A program made the translations under genes and the position numbers. The notes beneath the pieces were generated by a model, which worked only from the letters and a program-made list of their open reading frames with translations, had not been told where the DNA came from and did not search any database. A stretch of 64,000 nucleotides of DNA from an uncultured Lachnospiraceae bacterium (GTDB lineage Bacteria > Bacillota > Clostridia > Oscillospirales > CAG-272): the NCBI GenBank assembly GCA_964631595.1, contig CAZVXL010000004.1, positions 12,435-76,434 of the forward strand, in the 5' to 3' direction. Of the stretch, positions 56,452 through 64,000 are shown piece by piece (the stretch's first letter is position 1; each line of letters begins with the position of its first letter).

Positions 56452-56618
56452 GCGATATGAGTGAGCGCATTTACTGAACGCGAGCGGCGAGCAGTGCACG
56501 TATTCGCATCACTTGACGTGCCGCAGGCACACCGAGCCTGCCTTGCTTTCCGAGACACCGAGATATTTTCGGTGAAAAGTGAAAAAGTAAGATCCCGAGC
56601 ATGAGTGCTCGGGATCTT

Positions 56619-56693
56619 TGGCTGGGTATGCTGGATTTGAACCAGCGAATGCAGGAGTCAAAGTCCTGTGCCTTACCGCTTGGCTAATACCCA
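56619..56693 (-). tRNA. tRNA-Gln (UUG)
   Basis: Reverse complement is TGGGTATTAGCCAAGCGGTAAGGCACAGGACTTTGACTCCTGCATTCGCTGGTTCAAATCCAGCATACCCAGCCA. The anticodon loop is CTTTGAC. A hairpin at 56589-56618 follows on the minus strand. Confidence 0.9.
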
Positions 56694-56946
56694 ATGCGTA
56701 CTATAGTATATCATACCCCAAATATTCTGTCAAGGAAAAAACAAAAATCCGACGGATAAAATCCGAGGCTGCGCCCCGAACTGCCGCGGGCGGTATGGCG
56801 CTCACACCTTTTATTATACACTTTTTTCGGGAGCACTTCAATTAGCCGAATAAACAAGGTTGAGGCACCGCACTTGTGCAAATATGACAATAAATTGTTT
56901 GCTTATCAAATTTATTTGAAACACTATATACATACATCGGATTCTG

Positions 56947-56955
56947 TGATATAAT
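56947..56955 (+). promoter_or_regulatory. Extended -10 element (TGATATAAT) upstream of hpf
   Basis: TGnTATAAT match about 50 nt upstream of the hpf ATG. The -35 is poor. Confidence 0.4.
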
Positions 56956-57007
56956 GATATTGCCGACGGATAACCGTCTGTTAGCTTAGAAAAAAGGTGG
57001 TTTGGGT

Positions 57008-57523
57008 ATGAATATTTCCATTATCGGCAGACAGATGACAGTCAGTGATGACCTGAAGCTTCAGGTCGAGCGCAAGCTTGCCAGATTTGACAAATTCTTC
57101 CCAGAGGGGGCTGATGCCACTGTGACCTTCAGCCGTCTCAGGGAGAAGGAATGCTTGGAGCTGACGATCTCATACAAGGGTATGCTGCTTCGCAGTGAGG
57201 AAAAGGAGCTAACCTTCCTCAATGCCCTTGATGAATGTGTCGAGATCATAGACGGGCAGATCCGAAAGAACAAGACGCGCCTTGAAAAGCGCATAAAAAG
57301 CGGCATGACTATCCCCGATGACGGCGACGTTATCGAGGAGGAGGGCGAGTTCAATATACGCACAAAGGCGTTCCCGATGCGCCCGATGTCGCCGGAGGAG
57401 GCGATACTTCAAATGAATCTCCTCGGTCATTCGTTCTTTATGTTTTCCAATGCGGAGACGGGCGATATTTGCGTGGTATACAAGCGCAGAGATAACGATT
57501 ACGGAATGATAACTCCCGTGTGA
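57008..57523 (+). CDS. hpf: Ribosome hibernation promoting factor, long form
   Basis: N-terminal RaiA/S30AE domain (ISIIGRQMTVSDDLK) and a C-terminal dimerisation domain (KAFPMRPMSPEEAILQMNLLGHSFFMFSN). Confidence 0.9.
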   Translation: MNISIIGRQMTVSDDLKLQVERKLARFDKFFPEGADATVTFSRLREKECLELTISYKGMLLRSEEKELTFLNALDECVEIIDGQIRKNKTRLEKRIKSGMTIPDDGDVIEEEGEFNIRTKAFPMRPMSPEEAILQMNLLGHSFFMFSNAETGDICVVYKRRDNDYGMITPV

Positions 57524-57621
57524 GCTTCGGCGACACTCTCCGCCGGAGAGTGCCGCCGTCGGGCGGGCTTGCCGTGCTTGGCAAGCCCGCTTTTGTATTA
57601 CCGTATATCCGGCACGCTCGG

Positions 57622-58776
57622 TCATTCTCCGTGCAGGCACTCATATACGAGATTACGCAGAGTCGGAGTTATAAGCGGCTCCTTGTTGTTCAGCATATGA
57701 CGGGCGCAGAATATCGACAGATGCTCTGTCGGGTCGCACAGCATATAGGCGCCCGCGGCGCCTGCCCAGCCGAACTCACCTATGCTTGAGAGCGCACCGA
57801 ATTCTTTTGTGATAAGAGTTCTTACGCCGAGCCCGTAGCTGTAGCCGCGGTACTGCGACCAGTCGAAGGAGGCGAGCTTTTCTTCGCTCAGAGCGTTCGT
57901 GCTCATCATGCGTACCGTGTTCTCACGGATCAGCACGGTACCGTCGGGAGCGGTGCCGCCGCAGGCGAGCATATCGGCAAAGCGTGCCATATCCTCCGTT
58001 GTCGATATTATGCCCGCTCCGCCGCTGTCGTATTCGGAGCCGAATATGTATTCATTTTCCTTTTCTACCGGTCGGAAGGCTTTCTCATCGTCATAATACA
58101 TATACTGCGGTGCGATCCGCGGCAGTATGGAGCTGTCGTAGCCGAAATATGAGTTTTCCATTTTGAGCGGAGCAAATATATTGTCCGAAACAAATTTGCG
58201 GAAGGGAACCCCCGCCACTGTCTCCGCCAGAGCGGCAAGCACGTCGTGACAAAGGCTGTACTGCCATCTCTCGTCGGGATCGAAGGACAGCGGCACCTTC
58301 GCTATCGCGCGGACGATCTCACGGGTCGGACATTCGGGAGCGTATTTTGTGCGTGCCTCCCTTATCGGAGCCGCCTCGGTGTTGTAATTGAGACCGGCGG
58401 TCATGGAAAAGAGATGCCGTATGAGGATCGGTGAGCGCGCGGGGCGGTTCTTCTTTTTGCCGTCGGTGTCGGTGAAGGTCACGAGCATGTCCCTGAACTC
58501 GGGCAGATACAGATACAGCGGATCGTCGAGGGAGAAAAGCCCCCGCTCCCACAGCATCAGAGCGGCGGTACAGGTGATCGGCTTGGATGCCGAGTACATG
58601 AAGTACAGCGTGTCCTCACTCGGCGGAGACTGCGTCTCCCAATCGGAACAGCCGCAGATGTAGCGGTGAAGAAGTCGGTGATCCTTCATTATGATGAGAT
58701 CGTTTGACGGGACGAGACTGCCGCAAAGCCCGTCGAGAAACAGATCCGCTCTTTTGAAATTTGTGTCTTTCAGCAT
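57622..58776 (-). CDS. Serine hydrolase (beta-lactamase/PBP4*-like family)
   Basis: SxxK motif (YSASKPIT) in the class-C beta-lactamase-like context. The ATG at 58776 (GGAGGG RBS) is preferred over the track GTG at 58815. Confidence 0.75.
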   Translation of the reverse strand: MLKDTNFKRADLFLDGLCGSLVPSNDLIIMKDHRLLHRYICGCSDWETQSPPSEDTLYFMYSASKPITCTAALMLWERGLFSLDDPLYLYLPEFRDMLVTFTDTDGKKKNRPARSPILIRHLFSMTAGLNYNTEAAPIREARTKYAPECPTREIVRAIAKVPLSFDPDERWQYSLCHDVLAALAETVAGVPFRKFVSDNIFAPLKMENSYFGYDSSILPRIAPQYMYYDDEKAFRPVEKENEYIFGSEYDSGGAGIISTTEDMARFADMLACGGTAPDGTVLIRENTVRMMSTNALSEEKLASFDWSQYRGYSYGLGVRTLITKEFGALSSIGEFGWAGAAGAYMLCDPTEHLSIFCARHMLNNKEPLITPTLRNLVYECLHGE

Positions 58777-58847
58777 ATAGATCCTGCCCTCCGGATAAGC
58801 ATTGGGGAGAAGCACCGCTCCTCCCCCTGTAGTGTGTTATTCGGTTA

Positions 58848-60044
58848 TTATTTGAGAATGTAGACTCTCATTGCTCTGCGCCCGAAGTTTTGCGCGAGCG
58901 GATTGTCGCGGTCGAAGCATATGTCGATGATGTTGCCCTTGATCGCAGTTCCGGTGTCTGCCGCCGTTCTCACGCCGATATCGGCATAAGATCCCGTGAT
59001 ATATACCTGAGAGCCGAGCGGAATGACCGACGGATCCACGGCGATGATGTTCTCGTCGGCAGGGAGACCGATGCGGGTGCCGCCGCCCGAGTAATACATT
59101 ACTGCGCTGACATCAACGTAATATGAGTAGGTGTAGGTCTTGCCGTCGCCGCCCACGAAGGTACCGCCGTCCTTGCCGCCGTATTCCACGACTGCGGACG
59201 AGGTCTGAGGCTTATACACGGCGGTGCCGCGCCTGATGACCTGCTCCACGGGATTTTTCGCGGTGTAGGAGGATACCTCGGTTCGCGATTCCTCAACGCC
59301 GTTGACATACTTGACACTGTACTCGGTGATCGTCTCACCGTTCTGTCCGTATTGTGAGACCTTTGTGGTTCCGGAGCGGAGAGAGGAATCGTCTATGTAT
59401 TTGGTGGTATAAGCGATAGCCGTGCTGACCCTTTCCGTTCCGTAGGTCACCTTGTCGGTGGTTACCACCGTGTCCTCCGAGATCACCGTGTCTGCGGAAA
59501 TGTTCAGTACATCGGTATCCCCGAAGGTAATGCCGAGCCTCTCGGCAAGCTCACCGACGGAGGCGGGCTTTTCCGCCGAGCAGGAAATGCTCTCACGGCT
59601 GTGGAATGCAAAGGTCACGGTGTACCTTGTATCATCGGTACTGCTTTGCGCAGACAGAGCCGTATCGGACGCCGCGTCGGCGGAGGCATCACTGCCCGCT
59701 TCACCCGACGGCGAGGCTTCCGTACCCGAGCTTTGAGCCTCATCGGAGGTCTCCGTAAATCTTCCGGCACCGCCGGATAAGGAGCCCGAGAGCTCCGTCT
59801 CGGCACCGATGTTGATGTCGGCTGCCTTGACCGGCATACTCCGTCCGCCCAACACGGATATGAGGACTATCGCCGCGCATACGGCGATAGAGGATGCCGT
59901 AACTGCGAGCGTCCTTGCCGAGGGTCTCGGCAAACGGAGCTTCTTTGAAATTTCGGTTAAATATTTTCGGCATACTTTGAAATTTCGTTTGACTTTCTGC
60001 CCCTTGAGGGGACTTCGGTCTGTTGTTTTCATAGTTTGAGCCAT
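58848..60044 (-). CDS. Cell-wall protein with TM anchor, DUF348-like repeat, G5 domain and C-terminal 3D domain (YabE/RpfB-architecture)
   Basis: G5-like segment (VSQYGQNGETITEYSVKYVNGVEESRTEVSSYTAKNPVEQVIRRGT). 3D segment (IIAVDPSVIPLGSQVYI...AADTGTAIKGNIIDICFD). Confidence 0.75.
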   Translation of the reverse strand: MAQTMKTTDRSPLKGQKVKRNFKVCRKYLTEISKKLRLPRPSARTLAVTASSIAVCAAIVLISVLGGRSMPVKAADINIGAETELSGSLSGGAGRFTETSDEAQSSGTEASPSGEAGSDASADAASDTALSAQSSTDDTRYTVTFAFHSRESISCSAEKPASVGELAERLGITFGDTDVLNISADTVISEDTVVTTDKVTYGTERVSTAIAYTTKYIDDSSLRSGTTKVSQYGQNGETITEYSVKYVNGVEESRTEVSSYTAKNPVEQVIRRGTAVYKPQTSSAVVEYGGKDGGTFVGGDGKTYTYSYYVDVSAVMYYSGGGTRIGLPADENIIAVDPSVIPLGSQVYITGSYADIGVRTAADTGTAIKGNIIDICFDRDNPLAQNFGRRAMRVYILK

Positions 60045-60326
60045 ACCTTTCTAAAAGCTTCTGAAGCTTGTATGTCTCCGCGCCTCGGCGGACCGACGGA
60101 CGGTGACATTTTGTCCGGACTCCGTAATACCGAGCCTCGGATACTCTGCTAACTTTCTTGGGGTACAGGCTGTTGCCTGTGATTGCCCGTCAACACCGAC
60201 AGACGGGCACGTCTCGGTAAAGGACTGTGAGAGCGGCGCGATCATTCGTGGCGGGTGCGTTTGCACCGATGCCGAAATGCCCGAAAACAGCGCTTTTTCC
60301 CACGTCTTTTTATCCAAAACGTATTT

Positions 60327-60335
60327 ATTATACCA
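60327..60335 (-). promoter_or_regulatory. Extended -10 element TGGTATAAT (P1) facing the 3D/G5 gene
   Basis: The reverse complement of ATTATACCA is a perfect TGnTATAAT. It lies about 283 nt upstream of the ATG at 60044. Confidence 0.5.
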
Positions 60336-60436
60336 TGAAGCAAAAATGCTTGCTTGCAAGGGTATTTTTGCGAAGCCGTCAGTGGCGCAGCCGCGCAAAT
60401 TGCGCGGACGTGCGGGAGCACGTGAAAGCTTGCTTG
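60327..60436. repeat. 110-bp direct repeat, copy 1
   Basis: Identical to 60536-60645 except for 2 mismatches (offset 209 bp). It contains the palindrome CCGCGCAAATTGCGCGG (60391-60407). Confidence 0.9.
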
Positions 60437-60535
60437 GCACACACGGTGCGCGTGAGTGCATTATACGGGGCAAACGAGTGTCTTAGAAAGACTTTGTCAG
60501 TCTGCCTGTCGGGGCATCCCGACATTTCCTGCGCT

Positions 60536-60544
60536 ATTATACCA
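60536..60544 (-). promoter_or_regulatory. Extended -10 element TGGTATAAT (P2), duplicated with the repeat
   Basis: Same sequence as P1, 209 bp further upstream. Confidence 0.4.
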
Positions 60545-60645
60545 TGAAGCAAAAATGCTTGCTTGCAATGGCATTTTTGCGAAGCCGTCAGTGGCGCAGC
60601 CGCGCAAATTGCGCGGACGTGCGGGAGCACGTGAAAGCTTGCTTG
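60536..60645. repeat. 110-bp direct repeat, copy 2
   Basis: See copy 1. Its palindrome is at 60600-60616. The 18-nt string ATTTCCTGCGCTATTATA preceding this copy recurs after it (60650-60667). Confidence 0.9.
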
Positions 60646-60661
60646 CAAGATTTCCTGCGCT

Positions 60662-60670
60662 ATTATAACA
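60662..60670 (-). promoter_or_regulatory. Extended -10 element TGTTATAAT (P3)
   Basis: Reverse complement of ATTATAACA. It sits in the third copy of the GCGCTATTATA string. Confidence 0.35.
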
Positions 60671-60698
60671 CATTTGTTCGGAAAATGCAACCCCCCTG

Positions 60699-61352
60699 CT
60701 ATATACGGCGGTTTTTGGGACTGCCGACACCTCCCCGAACAGCCTCATCCGGGAGGATATTATCCCAGTCGGCTTGCCTCAAATATGCGTCGGCATAGCC
60801 GGCAATATCGCCGCCCCAGCGGTCTAAATATGCGTGCTCCCACAGATCAATGCACATTATCGGACGCAGAGTCGAAAGATCCGGCAGGGTGCAGAGCGGC
60901 AGCCTTGCAATGCCGAGCATTTTGCGGCGCGCCCTCTCACGGCGGTAAAGCCACAGAAAGGCGGGAGTCGGTGCGGCGCCCGCGAGCGTTCGCACAAGAT
61001 AGAAGAAATTGTCGGTACTCCCGAAGCTCTCACTCAATAGCTCCGCGCTCCTGCCCTGCGGCAGTGAGGGAAAGCGGTCGGAGGGGAGAAGATTCTCAAA
61101 ATACAGCTCATGGCAATACACCGCGCAGGCGGCGCCGAATACAGCTCGGTATTGTCCACCTCTCCCTGACCTCCTCTGTAGAAGACGGCATATCTCCGAT
61201 GCCTCCGCTCCCCTAAGCCGAGCGAAACCGTCGGCGGCTATTTTCAGCTCAAGTCGGAGCGAATCGAGGATCTCCATGTGGCGAAGCATCGCCGCCTTGC
61301 CCGACAGGGGCATATGCTCCGCGATACCTCCGAGCGGTCCTGTGTCTATCAT
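60699..61352 (-). CDS. Divergent Fe/Mn superoxide dismutase-family protein
   Basis: 217 aa. C-terminal IDLWEHAYLD (SOD DxWEHAYY motif) and VYCHELYFENL (SOD NHxxYWxxL). GGAGGTG RBS. Confidence 0.6.
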   Translation of the reverse strand: MIDTGPLGGIAEHMPLSGKAAMLRHMEILDSLRLELKIAADGFARLRGAEASEICRLLQRRSGRGGQYRAVFGAACAVYCHELYFENLLPSDRFPSLPQGRSAELLSESFGSTDNFFYLVRTLAGAAPTPAFLWLYRRERARRKMLGIARLPLCTLPDLSTLRPIMCIDLWEHAYLDRWGGDIAGYADAYLRQADWDNILPDEAVRGGVGSPKNRRI

Positions 61353-61547
61353 AAAGCACCTCCGTTGTTTGATACGGCATTATATGCAAGGACGGCGGAT
61401 AATAGTAATTTTCGGCGGACGGAGAGGCGACTGCCCGATTGTTTGTCATAAGTTCATAATGAATTCATTTGTTTGTGGTAAAATAAGGATATTGATATTA
61501 TCCATAAGGAGTGATATGTTCGAAATTTGCCCAAAGGAGGAATAGCA

Positions 61548-62915
61548 ATGGCAAAAAATGAATTTTCCGAAATTACACCGTATATAAGCGATCTTGCACA
61601 GAAGTGCAAGGCCGATGGACTGATAGATGCAGAGCTGTATAAAAAGTACGAGGTCAACCGCGGACTTCGCGATATAAGGGGTAGGGGAGTGCTCACGGGA
61701 CTTACGGAGGTATCCGAGGTCGAGGCGTATGAGGAGCATGACGGCGAGCTTGTTCCGTGCGAGGGAAGACTTTTCTACCGCGGCGTGAATATAAAGGAGC
61801 TTGTGAAGGGCGCCGCAGTGAACGGTCATAACGGCTTTGAGGAGTGCGTGTATCTCCTGCTTTTCGGAAAGCTTCCGACGGCGGCACAGCTTGAGGGATT
61901 TTGCGGAGTCCTCGGCGGTTACCGCTCTCTCCCCACGAGCTTTGTCAGAGATATCATCATGAAGGCACCCAGTCGCGACATGATGAACGTGCTTGCACGC
62001 TCCGTGCTGACAATGTATTCGTATGACGATAACGCCGACGATATATCAGTGGAGAATACGCTCAGGCAGTGTTTGCAGCTTATCTCACTGTTCCCGCTGT
62101 TTGCCGTTTACGGCTATCAGGCGTATGCGCATTATCACGACAATCAAAGCCTGTTTATCCATCCGTCACGCCCCGAGCTTTCCACTGCGGAAAACCTGCT
62201 CAGTATCCTGAGAAAGGACAGCAGCTATACGAGCCTTGAGGCGGCGACACTTGACATGGCGCTGATACTTCATGCCGAGCACGGCGGCGGAAATAACTCC
62301 ACGTTTACAAATCACGTGGTAACGTCCTCGGGCACGGATACCTATTCCGCGATGGCGGCATCAATAGGCTCACTCAAGGGACCGCGCCACGGCGGAGCGA
62401 ATATCAAGGTCGTGCATATGTTTGACGATATGAAGGAAAATATCGGAAATTGCCCCGACGATGCAAAAATCAAGGCGTATCTGTCCGATGTGCTTGATAA
62501 AAAGGCATTTGACGGAGCGGGGCTTATATACGGCATGGGACACGCGGTGTATTCCGTATCCGATCCCAGAGCCGATGTGCTGAAGGAGTACGCACGCCGT
62601 CTCTCCGAGGAGAAGGGACTCTCCGAGGAGTACGATATGTACTGCCGTACCGCGAAGATCGCCTCCGAGCTTATTGCCGAGAGGCGCAGGATATACAAGG
62701 GTGTCAGCCCGAACGTGGATTTCTACAGCGGCTTTGTTTACAGAATGCTCGGACTTCCCGAGGAGCTGTTCACGCCGATATTTGCCGTGGCGCGTGTTGC
62801 CGGCTGGAGCGCGCACCGCATCGAGGAGATCATAAATACGGGAAAGATAATAAGACCCGCATACCGCGCAGTAAAGGAAAGAGTTGAATATGTGAGGATC
62901 GAGGACAGAGTGTGA
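61548..62915 (+). CDS. Citrate synthase (Si-type family)
   Basis: GPRHGGAN, YGMGHAVY and NVDFYSG motifs. AAGGAGG RBS before the ATG at 61548. Confidence 0.9.
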   Translation: MAKNEFSEITPYISDLAQKCKADGLIDAELYKKYEVNRGLRDIRGRGVLTGLTEVSEVEAYEEHDGELVPCEGRLFYRGVNIKELVKGAAVNGHNGFEECVYLLLFGKLPTAAQLEGFCGVLGGYRSLPTSFVRDIIMKAPSRDMMNVLARSVLTMYSYDDNADDISVENTLRQCLQLISLFPLFAVYGYQAYAHYHDNQSLFIHPSRPELSTAENLLSILRKDSSYTSLEAATLDMALILHAEHGGGNNSTFTNHVVTSSGTDTYSAMAASIGSLKGPRHGGANIKVVHMFDDMKENIGNCPDDAKIKAYLSDVLDKKAFDGAGLIYGMGHAVYSVSDPRADVLKEYARRLSEEKGLSEEYDMYCRTAKIASELIAERRRIYKGVSPNVDFYSGFVYRMLGLPEELFTPIFAVARVAGWSAHRIEEIINTGKIIRPAYRAVKERVEYVRIEDRV

Positions 62916-62950
62916 CCCGTTGTGGGGTACGCCCGAGCCGATCCGAGATT

Positions 62951-62989
62951 GCCCCCGAGAAGATAATGCTTTTCGGGGGCTTGATTTTT
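62951..62989 (+). terminator. Intrinsic terminator of citrate synthase
   Basis: GCCCCCGA...TCGGGGGC followed by TTGATTTTT. Confidence 0.65.
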
Positions 62990-63092
62990 CCGTGTGTCGG
63001 GTGTACAATATGATTGCGTGAAAAAACGGCGGATCTGTCGGTACACCAAGGTGTGCCGCCTGCAAATAAAACGCATTTGAAAGGACAGTGTC

Positions 63093-63866
63093 ATGAGCGA
63101 AAGAACACTTAATGAGAGAACTCTCGTATGGGCACACAGAGGAAGCTCTGCGTATGCTCCCGAAAATACTTTACCCGCATTTGCTCTTGCGGTGGAAATG
63201 AAGGCGGACGGCGTTGAGCTTGACGTGCATCTCTCGAAGGATAAAAAGATAGTCGTGTGCCATAACGGAACGATCAATGACACCTCCGACGGTAGGGGCG
63301 CGATCTGCGATATGGAGTACAGCGAGATACTGAAGTACAACTTCGCGCACCGCTATGAGCATACAAGATGGGTGGAGCAGTACGGCTTTGTAAAAGCTCC
63401 GCTTCTTGACGAGGTATATGAGCTTCTTGCACCCACGGGACTTACGGTAAATGTTGAGATAAAGTCCGACGAGGAGGAACTTCCCGCAATGCTCATCGAG
63501 CTTGCAAAGAGATACGGCATGAGCGACCGCGTGACCTACTCCGCCTTCAATCATGCAAATCTCATGCGCCTTCACGATACGGATATCTCCGTACCCACCG
63601 CGCCTCTCTATGCGCAGAATCTCCTGTTCCCGTGGCTGTACGCCGGACTTATCGGCGCATCTGCGATACACCCCGAGGCCACTCAGGTGTTCACGGTGGA
63701 TGGAATCATTCGCGAGTGCCATACAAGAGGCATCAGAGTGAATCCTTGGACGCTGGACGGCGAGGAGAGAATCGTGAAATGTATTGAGGCGGGCGTTGAC
63801 GCGCTTATAACGGATGTGCCCGACCTTGCGAGACGGCTCGTGCTTGAGCACTTCGGAGAGAAATAA
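63093..63866 (+). CDS. Glycerophosphodiester phosphodiesterase (GDPD family)
   Basis: VWAHRGSSAYAPENTLPAFALAV...GVELDVHLSKDKKIVVCHN. Confidence 0.9.
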   Translation: MSERTLNERTLVWAHRGSSAYAPENTLPAFALAVEMKADGVELDVHLSKDKKIVVCHNGTINDTSDGRGAICDMEYSEILKYNFAHRYEHTRWVEQYGFVKAPLLDEVYELLAPTGLTVNVEIKSDEEELPAMLIELAKRYGMSDRVTYSAFNHANLMRLHDTDISVPTAPLYAQNLLFPWLYAGLIGASAIHPEATQVFTVDGIIRECHTRGIRVNPWTLDGEERIVKCIEAGVDALITDVPDLARRLVLEHFGEK

Positions 63867-63955
63867 GACCACGGTCTCGGTGAGATCCTTTGCGGCATAC
63901 CGACGTGTGCTGCAAAGCGGAAAACCGAAATACCATATTTGAAAGGAAAAACACA

Positions 63956-64000
63956 TGAGCGAAAGAACACTTAATGAGAGAACTCTTGTCTGGGCGCACA
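63956..64000 (+). CDS. Second GDPD paralog, 3' end beyond the window
   Basis: MSERTLNERTLVWAH is identical at protein level to the start of the preceding gene, and 42 of 45 nt are identical. Confidence 0.7.

Noticed and set aside
60327-60645. Could the direct repeats be a CRISPR array?
   Set aside because: There are only two copies. The unit is 110 bp, far longer than CRISPR repeats, with a 99-bp gap, and no cas genes lie in the window.
60227-60798. Small ORFs starting MKQKCLLA... inside both repeat copies (60227-60547, 60544-60798)
   Set aside because: They have no RBS, run opposite to both neighbouring genes, and exist only because the repeat contains an ATG. Their downstream parts are unrelated between copies.
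1-64000. Mobile elements, prophage, toxin-antitoxin or defence islands
   Set aside because: I recognised no integrase, transposase, recombinase, phage structural, restriction-modification, Cas or other defence-type domains. No tRNA-adjacent att-like repeats were evident either. The window reads as core chromosome.

Overview
This 64-kb window is chromosomal and housekeeping in character. It appears to come from a GC-rich, spore-forming Firmicute; the Clostridia-like gene content includes yidC/jag, a GerA-family gene, mini-RNase III, a CD1247-type protein after efp and an RNHCP protein. I support about 60 CDS, 4 tRNAs (a His-Arg-Gly operon and Gln), a long Bacillus-type SRP RNA upstream of dnaX-ybaB-recR, the rpmH-rnpA-yidD-yidC-jag cluster, feoAB, a MoxR-DUF58-transglutaminase trio, an FtsX-type ABC exporter, glycosidases, citrate synthase and tandem GDPD paralogs. 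I saw no transposase, integrase, CRISPR array or recognisable defence genes.

The standout is one 11-gene operon (about 2980-14374). It runs from a consensus promoter to a hairpin terminator and joins four parts: (1) a malate-dehydrogenase-like LDH-family enzyme and class II fumarase; (2) HdrB-HdrC-HdrA-MvhD; (3) an AsrA/AsrB (FlxABC-like) NAD(P)H module; (4) an anchor-less FrdB/FrdA-like pair with non-covalent FAD. I interpret it as a candidate soluble, flavin-based electron-bifurcating (NADH/ferredoxin-coupled) fumarate reductase, in effect a split bacterial relative of the methanogen thiol:fumarate reductase.

Secondary observations:
- HflX carries an N-terminal JAB/RadC-like domain with an intact JAMM motif.
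- A duplicated 110-bp element carrying extended -10 promoters lies upstream of a 3D/G5 cell-wall gene, which also has a long structured leader.
- Paired GGTTAG-N6-CTAAC operators sit on the feoA promoter.
- An unannotated FeoB-associated Cys-rich micro-ORF lies just downstream of feoB.
- There is a divergent SOD-like protein and several Cys-rich oddities.

All family assignments come from motif recognition by eye. No database search was run.
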